From positions 12,318-76,317 of the forward strand of contig CAYGJZ010000004.1 of the NCBI GenBank assembly GCA_964350265.1: a stretch of 64,000 nucleotides of DNA, written 5' to 3'. The notes beneath the pieces were generated by a model that saw nothing but the letters and a program-made list of their open reading frames with translations, was not told where the DNA came from and ran no database searches. The DNA is from an uncultured Gammaproteobacteria bacterium (GTDB taxonomy: Bacteria; Pseudomonadota; Gammaproteobacteria; Arenicellales; CAJQKF01). Of this stretch, positions 34,855 to 43,806 are shown in pieces. Made by a program: the position numbers and the translations under genes. The number at the start of each line of letters is the position of its first letter. Position 1 is the first letter of the stretch.

Positions 34855-35541
34855 TCAAGCGGCCTGGAGCAGCAGGTAGGTCTGTGCCGAGATGCCGTAG
34901 CGCACCGGCAACGTGCGCAGCAGGCGAAAACCCGCCGACGTGTAGTCGGCGCGGAACGTCGAGGACGGTACCGGCACCCGGTCCACCGGCTTGACCCCGC
35001 GCAGTCGCTTGCGCAGGAAGTAGCGCATGGCGCTGAAGGCGAAGCGGTCGTAGTAGGACACCACCAGTTTCCCGCGGCAGATGCGGCGCAGCTCGGCCAG
35101 CACCGCGCGACGGGTATCCGCCTGCGGGTAGTGATGCAGCAGGCGGTTGCAGATGACCACGTCGAAACTGTCATCGTCGAAGGTGGTGGCGAGCACGTCC
35201 TGCTGCTCGAAGGTCAGTCGCGCCGCGGCGTCGGCATCGAGCGGCTGCTCGCGGTAGTAGGCCTTCGCCGCCTCGATCATCGGCAGGGAATAGTCGGCAG
35301 CCACCACCTGGTAGCCGCGTGCCAGCAGCATTCCCTCCAGCCGCCCGCTGCCGCAGGGCAGGTCGAGCACGCGGCTGCCCGCGGCGACGCCGTCCAGGGC
35401 ACGCACGATGCAGTCCATCTCGCGCCGGTTCTTCGACGAGTCCAGGGCATTCTTCTTGCGCACGTAGGTACGGGCCACGGCGACATCGTTGAAACGCTCA
35501 CGAATGGTCGTGTAGGAGGAGTCTTGCATGGTCATGATCAT
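34855..35541 (-). CDS. Class I SAM-dependent methyltransferase
   Basis: Motif I is VLDLPCGSGRL, the post-I motif is VVAADYS, and DVVICNRLLHH is also present. The start lies among three close ATGs (35541, 35535, 35529). Confidence 0.8.
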   Translation of the reverse strand: MIMTMQDSSYTTIRERFNDVAVARTYVRKKNALDSSKNRREMDCIVRALDGVAAGSRVLDLPCGSGRLEGMLLARGYQVVAADYSLPMIEAAKAYYREQPLDADAAARLTFEQQDVLATTFDDDSFDVVICNRLLHHYPQADTRRAVLAELRRICRGKLVVSYYDRFAFSAMRYFLRKRLRGVKPVDRVPVPSSTFRADYTSAGFRLLRTLPVRYGISAQTYLLLQAA

Positions 35542-35588
35542 TGTTCCTTCGGCGCCGACCGCGCCGGGGTTCCCGCGGGAACAGGTAT

Positions 35589-36248
35589 TCATCGCCGCGC
35601 CGCGACCTCGAGGTTGTGCAGCAGCCGCGCGGCGCGCCGCCGGGACAGCCCGGCAGCATCAATGTATCGTTGCATAAACGCGTCGCGACCGAAAGCCTCG
35701 ATCAGGGCGCGATCCTCGGCATAGCGATAGATGTTGCGAAACCCCGATACCCGCGCATGCAGGTGCAGCGGCCAGGGGAAGAAGCGCATGTAGCCGACAT
35801 CGATGACGGCGAAGCCATCGGCATCGTCGTGCAGGATGTTGCCCAGGTGCACGCCGCGGAACTCGATGCCCTGGCCGTGCAGCCTGGCAAGGAAGGCGGG
35901 CAGCGCCGAGAGCACCTTGCCGGCCAGCGGCGAACCGGGCGGCAGATCGCGCACCGCCATGCCGGTGAGCATCGGGTAGACCACCAGCTCGGCGGCCTGC
36001 TCGGGGCAGCGGTAGGCGGCCTCGATGCGCGGCGCACGCACCTTCCGCCTGGCCAGGCGACGACAGTGGCGGACGAAGCGATGCCCGTAGGACAGCCAGC
36101 GGGGATAGCCCCTTCGGCGACGGTAGAAGGCCTTGATGATGCGCCCGTCGGCATCGCGCCAGACCCGTGGTCGCGGCAGTTCGGCACCGCCGATGACCGT
36201 GGCATTGGCAATGATGGCGCTATACTGGTTGGCGTCAATGGTCCTCAT
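35589..36248 (-). CDS. Kinase-fold-like protein (LPS/Kdo-kinase-like; family sometimes annotated 'toluene tolerance protein')
   Basis: LARLHGQGIEFRGVHLGNILHDDADGFAVIDVGYM resembles the catalytic-loop and DFG-like region of small lipid or sugar kinases, but it has no obvious HxD aspartate. The ATG is at 36248. Confidence 0.5.
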   Translation of the reverse strand: MRTIDANQYSAIIANATVIGGAELPRPRVWRDADGRIIKAFYRRRRGYPRWLSYGHRFVRHCRRLARRKVRAPRIEAAYRCPEQAAELVVYPMLTGMAVRDLPPGSPLAGKVLSALPAFLARLHGQGIEFRGVHLGNILHDDADGFAVIDVGYMRFFPWPLHLHARVSGFRNIYRYAEDRALIEAFGRDAFMQRYIDAAGLSRRRAARLLHNLEVAARR

Positions 36249-36312
36249 CTTGGCAATGCGATTGTACCGGAAGCCCTCCCCGCCGAAATGGCCCGCCGCC
36301 GGTGATACCGAG

Positions 36313-37032
36313 GTGGAGCAACTGCCCTGGCCACGGCTGGCGGCGCTCGCGCCGCGCACCATCGGCCTGCTGCCGCTGGGTGCGGCGTGCAAGGAACATG
36401 GCTACCACCTGCCGCTGGGCACCGATGCCCTGCAGGCGCGCTGGATCGCCTCCCGGGTCGCCGCCCGCCGCCCGGCGCTGTGCTGGCCGCTGCTGGCCTA
36501 CGGCTACTACCCGGCCTTCCTGCGCTATCCCGGCAGCGCCAGCGTGGGTGAAGGCGCCTTCCGCGCCGTGCTCGACGCCGCGCTGGAAGCAATGCAACGC
36601 GCCGGGCATCCCCTGGCGGTGGTCCTCAACACCGGCATCAGCACCACCGAGGCGGTGGACCGCGCCTGTGCCGAGCACGGCGCGCTGGCCTGTCACGTCT
36701 ATGCCGGCAAGCGGTTCCGCGCCGCGGTGTCGACGCTGTCCGAGCAACGTGGAGGCGGGCACGCCGACGAGGTGGAGACCTCGCTGGTGATGCACATGCA
36801 GCCGCAGGCGGTGGACCTGTCGCAGGCATGCGACGAGTCGGCCACGCACTTCGTCCCCGGTCCGCTCAACCCCGACCATCCCGGAGCCGCCAACCACTCG
36901 CCGAGCGGCGCCATGGGCAACCCCACCCTGGCCAGCGCGGCCAAGGGACGGCAACTGGCCGCCGCCCTCGTCGCCGACGTCCTCGCCCGCCTGGACGAGC
37001 ACTGGAAGCGGGTGGCCGCGCCGACCGCTTGA
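36313..37032 (+). CDS. Creatininase-family amidohydrolase
   Basis: LLPLGAACKEHGYHLPLGTD and GGHADEVETS are creatininase-family metal-site motifs. The start is ambiguous between GTG at 36313 and ATG at 36256. Confidence 0.75.
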   Translation: MEQLPWPRLAALAPRTIGLLPLGAACKEHGYHLPLGTDALQARWIASRVAARRPALCWPLLAYGYYPAFLRYPGSASVGEGAFRAVLDAALEAMQRAGHPLAVVLNTGISTTEAVDRACAEHGALACHVYAGKRFRAAVSTLSEQRGGGHADEVETSLVMHMQPQAVDLSQACDESATHFVPGPLNPDHPGAANHSPSGAMGNPTLASAAKGRQLAAALVADVLARLDEHWKRVAAPTA

Positions 37033-37121
37033 CGAGGCCAGGCGACCTGCCGGCGGCACAACGGTCACCGGTCGTCGCCGCGCATGGCCGGGGCGCTGGC
37101 GGCGGCGTACACTTTGCGGCC

Positions 37122-38081
37122 ATGAAAACCGCCATCGTCTACGATCCACGCTACCTCGAGCACGACACCGGCGCCGGCCACCCGGAACGCCCCGCCCGGC
37201 TGTCGCACACCATCGAAGCGCTGGCCGCGCAACCCTGGTTCGACCAGCTCGAGCAGGTGGCGCCGCGGCCCTGCGAACGCGCATGGCTGGCCCAGGTGCA
37301 CGACGACGCCTACCTCGAACGTGCCCGCCAGGCCTGTGCCCGCGCACCCTACCTCGACACCCCCGACGTGGCCATCGGCCCGTCCTCCTTCGAGGTGGCG
37401 ACACTGGCCGCCGGCGGCGTGCTGGCACTGGCCGACGCGGTGGTCAGCGGTGCCGTGGACAACGGCTTTGCCCTGGTCCGTCCACCAGGCCACCATGCCG
37501 AGCATGCCGAGGCCATGGGTTTTTGCCTGGTCAACAACATTGCCGTCACCGCCCGCTACCTGCAGCGTCACCACGGCCTCGACAAGATCCTGGTGCTCGA
37601 CTGGGACGTGCACCACGGCAACGGCACCCAGCACATCTTCGAGGAAGATCCCTCGGTGTTCTACGTCAGCCTGCACCAGTACCCGTGGTATCCCGGCACC
37701 GGCGCCTACCACGAGAACGGGCGCGGCGCCGGCGTCGGCGCCACGCTGAACTGCCCGATGCCCGGCGGCGCCGGCGACGACGACTACCGCGTCGCCTTCA
37801 AGGACGTGGTGCTGCCGGCGGTGCGGCGCTTCGCCCCCGACGCGGTGCTGCTCTCGGCCGGCTTCGATGCCCATGCCGCCGATCCGCTGGGCGACCTGCG
37901 CCTGTCCACCGGCTGCTTTCGCTGGATGACCGAGCGCATGCTGGAAGTGGCCGAGCAAAGCGCCGGCGGGCGGCTGGTGTCGCTGCTGGAGGGTGGCTAC
38001 GACCTCGATGCGCTGGCCGCCTGCGTGGCCGCCCACGTCGAAACGCTGGCCGGCAGGCGCGCGCCGGACGAGACCGGCTGA
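37122..38081 (+). CDS. Histone deacetylase-family (HDAC/AcuC-like) deacetylase
   Basis: The motifs are RPPGHHA, LDWDVHHGNGTQ, SAGFDAH and EGGY. Confidence 0.9.
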   Translation: MKTAIVYDPRYLEHDTGAGHPERPARLSHTIEALAAQPWFDQLEQVAPRPCERAWLAQVHDDAYLERARQACARAPYLDTPDVAIGPSSFEVATLAAGGVLALADAVVSGAVDNGFALVRPPGHHAEHAEAMGFCLVNNIAVTARYLQRHHGLDKILVLDWDVHHGNGTQHIFEEDPSVFYVSLHQYPWYPGTGAYHENGRGAGVGATLNCPMPGGAGDDDYRVAFKDVVLPAVRRFAPDAVLLSAGFDAHAADPLGDLRLSTGCFRWMTERMLEVAEQSAGGRLVSLLEGGYDLDALAACVAAHVETLAGRRAPDETG

Positions 38082-38192
38082 GCCGTCGACGCCTGCCCGG
38101 CGCCACCGCCCGCCGCCGCGGTTCGCGCGAGGCCCCGGCGCGGTGCTATGCTGTTCCCACCCAAGAGCAGGGCTACACAGGAGTTCGAGCAG

Positions 38193-38621
38193 ATGACTTT
38201 GGTAAACCAGGTGCTGAAGAAAAAGGGCCGGGATGTCTGGTCGGTGCGCCCGGACGACACGGTCTTCGAAGCCGTCAAGATGATGGCGGAAAAAGGTGTC
38301 GGCGCATTGCTGGTCATGGATGGCGAGAGACTGGTGGGCATCATTTCCGAGCGCGACTACGCGCGCAAGATCATCCTCGAGGGCAAGGCCTCGCGGGATA
38401 CCCCGGTGGCGGACATCATGACCCGCCAGGTGCTGTGCGTGTCTCCCGAGCGCACGGTGGATGAATGCATGGCGCTGATGAGCGACAAGCGCGCGCGCCA
38501 CCTGCCGGTGGTGGAGGACAAGCACGTCGTCGGCGTGCTCTCCATCGGCGACCTGGTGAAGGTCACCATCGACGACCAGCAGGTGATGATCGACCAGCTC
38601 AAGCAGTACATCTCCGGCTGA
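38193..38621 (+). CDS. CBS-pair domain protein
   Basis: It is 142 aa with two CBS repeats (VGALLVMDGERLVGIISERD and RHLPVVEDKHVVGVLSIGD). GGAG lies upstream of the ATG at 38193. Confidence 0.85.
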   Translation: MTLVNQVLKKKGRDVWSVRPDDTVFEAVKMMAEKGVGALLVMDGERLVGIISERDYARKIILEGKASRDTPVADIMTRQVLCVSPERTVDECMALMSDKRARHLPVVEDKHVVGVLSIGDLVKVTIDDQQVMIDQLKQYISG

Positions 38622-38627
38622 GCGACG

Positions 38628-38667
38628 CCGGTCCGCGGACAGCCGGCACGGGCCTGCGCCGGACCGG
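38628..38667. terminator. Candidate bidirectional stem-loop between the convergent CBS and zntB genes
   Basis: CCGGTCCG (38628-38635) pairs with CGGACCGG (38660-38667). There is no T-tract, so terminator function is uncertain. Confidence 0.3.
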
Positions 38668-38670
38668 GCG

Positions 38671-39645
38671 CTAGACCCAGCGACGCCAGCGGAAGAACAG
38701 CACCTCGGCCAGGCCCACCGCCAGCAGCACGGCGGTGACCAGGGCGAAGCCCCACGGGCTGTCGGCCAGCGGCATGCCGCCGACGTTGATGCCGAGCAGG
38801 CCGGTGACGAAGCCGAGCGGCAGGAAGATGCCGGCCACCACGGTCAGCACGTACATGCGGTTGTTGAGCTGGTCGGAGAGCCGGCTGGCCAGTTCCTCGG
38901 CGGTGACCGCGGCACGCTCGCGGGCGGCGTCGAGGTCTTCCACCAGCCGGGTCACGCGATCGGTCTCCTCGCGCAACTGCTGCAGCTGGCCGCCGCTGAG
39001 CCAGTCCACCCTGCCGTGGTAGAGCTGGTTCAGGGCATCGCGCTGCGGTGCCAGGTAGCGGCGCAGCACGATGATCTCCTGGCGCAGGTGCGACAGCTCG
39101 CCGCGCAGGGTCTTGTCCTCCACGTCCAGCACCCGCGCCTGCAGCAGGTCGACGCGATCTTCCACCGCGCCCACCGCGTCGGCGATGCGCGTCACCAGGT
39201 AGTGGACGACGTCGACCACGAACTCCCCCGCGTCCACCGGTCCGCGGCCCTGGGCCAGCGAGTCGCGCAGGTCGTCCAGCGACATCAGCCGGCGGCGACG
39301 CGAGCTGACCACCCGCCCCTGGCCGATGTAGAGGCGCAGCGCCACCATGTCCTCGCGCTCGGCGCCGGGGTTGAGGTTCACGCCGCGCAGTACCAGCAAA
39401 GTGCCACCCGGCATCGCCACGCAACGCGGACGGGTTTCCTCGGCGAGCAGGGCCTCGACCACCACCTCGTCGAGGCCGCTGCAGCGGCGCAGCCAGTCAT
39501 GGGCCTGCTCGCTGCTGCGGTCCAGGTGCACCCAGGCCATGCCCTGGTCCGGGGGGTCCACCGTGATCCCGGGGGAGAACGGCTGGAAGCTGCCGCCGCC
39601 GCGGCCATCGAGCCACATCAGCGTGTTGGGGGCAATCGGTTGCAT
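38671..39645 (-). CDS. zntB: CorA-superfamily zinc transporter ZntB-like
   Basis: The C-terminal two-TM region reads LTVVAGIFLPLGFVTGLLGINVGGMP, a GxN-type motif. It is 324 aa from the ATG at 39645. Confidence 0.8.
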   Translation of the reverse strand: MQPIAPNTLMWLDGRGGGSFQPFSPGITVDPPDQGMAWVHLDRSSEQAHDWLRRCSGLDEVVVEALLAEETRPRCVAMPGGTLLVLRGVNLNPGAEREDMVALRLYIGQGRVVSSRRRRLMSLDDLRDSLAQGRGPVDAGEFVVDVVHYLVTRIADAVGAVEDRVDLLQARVLDVEDKTLRGELSHLRQEIIVLRRYLAPQRDALNQLYHGRVDWLSGGQLQQLREETDRVTRLVEDLDAARERAAVTAEELASRLSDQLNNRMYVLTVVAGIFLPLGFVTGLLGINVGGMPLADSPWGFALVTAVLLAVGLAEVLFFRWRRWV

Positions 39646-39697
39646 GGCCGTACCTCGGCGGGTTGCGGTGGCTGTCGGCGAACCGAACCGCCGCTGC

Positions 39698-40497
39698 TCA
39701 GGCAACGGGCGGGTCGGGGATGTCGGGCAGGGTCTCGTCGGCCATGCGCTGGAGCGTCTCGACGGTGGCCCGGGTCATCACCGGCTCGACGCCGAGGGCA
39801 TCGAGCAGTTCCCCGGCGGCGCACATCTCGTGCAGCCGGCGCACCGCGTGGGGCTTGGTGCCGTTGACCAGCCGCGCCAGCAGGGCCTCGTCGGCCTGGC
39901 GCAGTTGCTCGGACATGTTGCGCCACAGCCAGTCGCCGACACCGGCGGCGTGCCCGGCGCGCATGGCCTCGATCAGCAGCGCCGCCAGGCCCTTCATCAT
40001 CACCGAGCGCAGCAGCTTGCGACAGGCGGCGTCGCCGGCCTCCTCGCCGAGCTTCTCCACCGGCATGCCCAGCGCGGAGAAGGTCCTGGCGAAGGCGTCG
40101 GCACCGTCGCCGGACAGGCCGGCCGGCGTGCGCAGCCCCTTGCCGGGCACGGTGGAAAGCAGTGCCACGTCGACGAAGGCCAGGCCACGGCCGGCGGCGC
40201 GGGCCGCCAGCGACTTTTTCAGCGCCGGCGCGGCGGTGGCGAGATCGGCGTAGATGCTGCCGGGGTCGATGGCGTCCAGGGCCTGTTCCAGGGCCCGCGT
40301 GGCGTCGGCGGCGGCGGTGATGCCGAGCACGAAGTCGGCGCCGGACACCGCCTGGCGCGGATCGGGCAGGCGCGACACCCCGGCCGGGGTGGCCACCGGC
40401 GCCGGGTCGAAGCCACGCACCTCGATCCCGGCGGCGGCGAGGTCGGCGGCAATCAGCGAGCCGGCTTCGCCGAGGCCGAACACCGCCATGACGCCGC

Positions 40498-40501
<4 letters not shown>
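39698..40501 (-). CDS. NAD(P)-binding oxidoreductase with a DUF1932-like C-terminal domain
   Basis: The N-terminal Rossmann motif is VFGLGEAGSLIAADL. The ATG overlaps the thiolase stop as ATGA. Confidence 0.65.
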
Positions 40502-41703
<1,202 letters not shown>

Positions 41704-41741
41704 GGTCAGTTCCGCGTTGACGAGGCGCCGTCGCGGCGTCC

Positions 41742-42536
41742 TCAGGGAACCAGCTCGTTGCGCTGGAAGAATGCCTGCATCAAGGCCACCAGCACCTCGG
41801 GCTGGTCGATGCAGGGCAGGTGACCGGCGTCGTCGATGACGTGGAACTCCGACTCGTCGATCAGGTCGGACAGGCCCTTGACCAGCGCCGGCGGTGTCGA
41901 GCCGTCCTCGTTGCCGACCACCACCAGCGCCGGCACCGACAGTCCATCGGTATCGTCGGTGAGGTCGGCGTCGCGGATCGCCATCATGGTGCCGAGATAG
42001 CCGGCCAGCGGCGTGCGTACCAGCATGTTGCGCCAGCCGGCCAGCTCGGCATCGTTGCGCGCCAGGCTGGCACGGGTGAACCAGCGCTGCATGGTGCCGT
42101 CGGCCAGCGCCTCGATGCCGCCCTCGCGCACCGCCTCGATGCGTGCCGTCCAGGTATCGTGGTCGCCGATCCGCGCGGCGGTGTCGCACAGCACCAGCGC
42201 CACCACCCGCGGGTCCCGCGCCGCCACGCCCTGGGCGATCATGCCGCCCACCGAGTCGCCGCAGACGATGGCCCGCTCCACGCCGAGGCCATCCATCAGC
42301 GCGACCACGTCGTCGACGTGGTCGTCGAGGCGGTAGGGCGGCGGTGGCGCATCGCTCAGGCCGTGGCCGCGCTTGTCGTAGAGCACCACGTGGAAGTCGT
42401 CGGCGAAGGCCGGGGCGACCTTCGACCAGATACGCAGGTCGGTACCCAGCGAGTTGCTGAACACCAGCGCGGTGCGCCCGGCGTCGCCGTGTGCCTGGTA
42501 GTGCAGGGCCACCGGTCCGGATCGTAGAAAGGGCAT
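41742..42536 (-). CDS. pcaD: Alpha/beta hydrolase, 3-oxoadipate enol-lactonase-like
   Basis: The pattern is LVFSNSLGTD...YDKRGHGLS...GDSVGG (nucleophile elbow GxSxG)...GHLPCIDQP. Confidence 0.7.
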   Translation of the reverse strand: MPFLRSGPVALHYQAHGDAGRTALVFSNSLGTDLRIWSKVAPAFADDFHVVLYDKRGHGLSDAPPPPYRLDDHVDDVVALMDGLGVERAIVCGDSVGGMIAQGVAARDPRVVALVLCDTAARIGDHDTWTARIEAVREGGIEALADGTMQRWFTRASLARNDAELAGWRNMLVRTPLAGYLGTMMAIRDADLTDDTDGLSVPALVVVGNEDGSTPPALVKGLSDLIDESEFHVIDDAGHLPCIDQPEVLVALMQAFFQRNELVP

Positions 42537-42696
42537 GGGATGGGCCGAGGTGCGGGTTGTCGGTTCGCGGGCGTCGCCGCTCGCGGTCACGGACCGCACT
42601 ATACAAAATATCGCGGTGGCCCGGCGAGGGCGCGGCGGCGACGGTCACGGGATTGGGCTACACTTGGCCGCGAAGAACAAACACGATCGGTTAGCC

Positions 42697-43794
42697 ATGT
42701 TCCGTACCGCCGTACTCGCCGCGCTCTCCGCGGGGCTTCTCCATGCCTGTTCCGAAGCACCCGCACCGGTGGAGCTGCCGCCACCGTCGGTGGGGGTGCA
42801 CGTGGTCGCGCCGGACACCCTGACCATCCACCGCGAGTTCATCGGTCGCACCGATGCCCCGGACCGGGTGGAACTGCGCGCGCGGGTCTCCGGCATCCTC
42901 GAGGCTCGCGACTTCGACGAGGGTGGCGAGGTGGAACGCGGCCAGGTGCTGTTCCGGATCGAGCGGGACACCTACCAGGCGCTGGTCCAGCAGGCCGCCG
43001 CCAGCGTGGAGTCGGCCAAGGCCACGGTGTCCGATGCCGAGGTGCAGCTTGCGCGCATGGAACGCCTCAGCGTCAACCGCAATGTCAGCGAGCAGGATGT
43101 CGATGCGGCCCGCGCCGCCGCCGAGGTCGCCCGCGCCGCGCTGAAGGGCGCCGAGGCGGCGCTGCAGCAGGCCGAGCTTGACCTCGGCCGCACCGCCATC
43201 GACGCGCCGGTCTCCGGCCGCATCGGCGAGGCCGAGATCGACGTCGGCAACCTGGTCGGACCGGACAGCGGCGTGCTGGCCACCATCGTCTCGCTGGACC
43301 CGATCCACGTGCGCTTCACCCTGAGCGACGTCGAGTACCTCGCCTTCCGCCGCGACAGCCAGGCCGGCGAGGCGCCGCCGGACATCGCCCCGCGGCTGCG
43401 CCTGTCCGACGGCGAGGACTACCCGCACCCGGGCCGGCTGCAGATGCTGGCCAACGAGATCGACCCCGGCACCGGCACCATCACCGCGCGGGCGGTGTTT
43501 GCCAACCCCGACAAGCTGCTGCGCCCGGGCCAGTTCGTCACCGTGGTCTTCGAGGGCACCACCGGCGAGGCCGTGCTGATGGCGCCGCAGTCGGCGGTCC
43601 TCGCCGGCCAGGACGGCCACAGCGTGCTGGTGGTGGGCGACGACGACGTGGTCGAGCAGCGCGTGGTGAGCGTGGGCGAGGTCGACGGCGACATGCAGGT
43701 GATCACCGCCGGCCTCGAGGCCGGCGAGCGACTGGTGGTCAACGGGCTGCAGAAGGTGCGCCCCGGCCAGCCGGTCAACGTGATCGATCGCTGA
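42697..43794 (+). CDS. RND efflux periplasmic adaptor (membrane fusion protein)
   Basis: It has a lipobox (LLHAC), a coiled-coil hairpin and barrel-sandwich motifs (RVSGIL...VERGQVLFRIE and ...APVSGRIG). Confidence 0.9.
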   Translation: MFRTAVLAALSAGLLHACSEAPAPVELPPPSVGVHVVAPDTLTIHREFIGRTDAPDRVELRARVSGILEARDFDEGGEVERGQVLFRIERDTYQALVQQAAASVESAKATVSDAEVQLARMERLSVNRNVSEQDVDAARAAAEVARAALKGAEAALQQAELDLGRTAIDAPVSGRIGEAEIDVGNLVGPDSGVLATIVSLDPIHVRFTLSDVEYLAFRRDSQAGEAPPDIAPRLRLSDGEDYPHPGRLQMLANEIDPGTGTITARAVFANPDKLLRPGQFVTVVFEGTTGEAVLMAPQSAVLAGQDGHSVLVVGDDDVVEQRVVSVGEVDGDMQVITAGLEAGERLVVNGLQKVRPGQPVNVIDR

Positions 43795-43806
43795 CGGCCC
43801 GCCATC

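Noticed and set aside
42672-42681. GAAGAACAAA upstream of the RND adaptor gene is identical to a 10-mer in the operon leader (reverse complement of 20589-20598).
   Set aside because: The identity does not extend into the ATATTCC or ACAGAAT blocks. There is no palindrome nearby and the functional context is unrelated. It may be coincidence among the few AT-rich patches, so it is not claimed as a regulon member.
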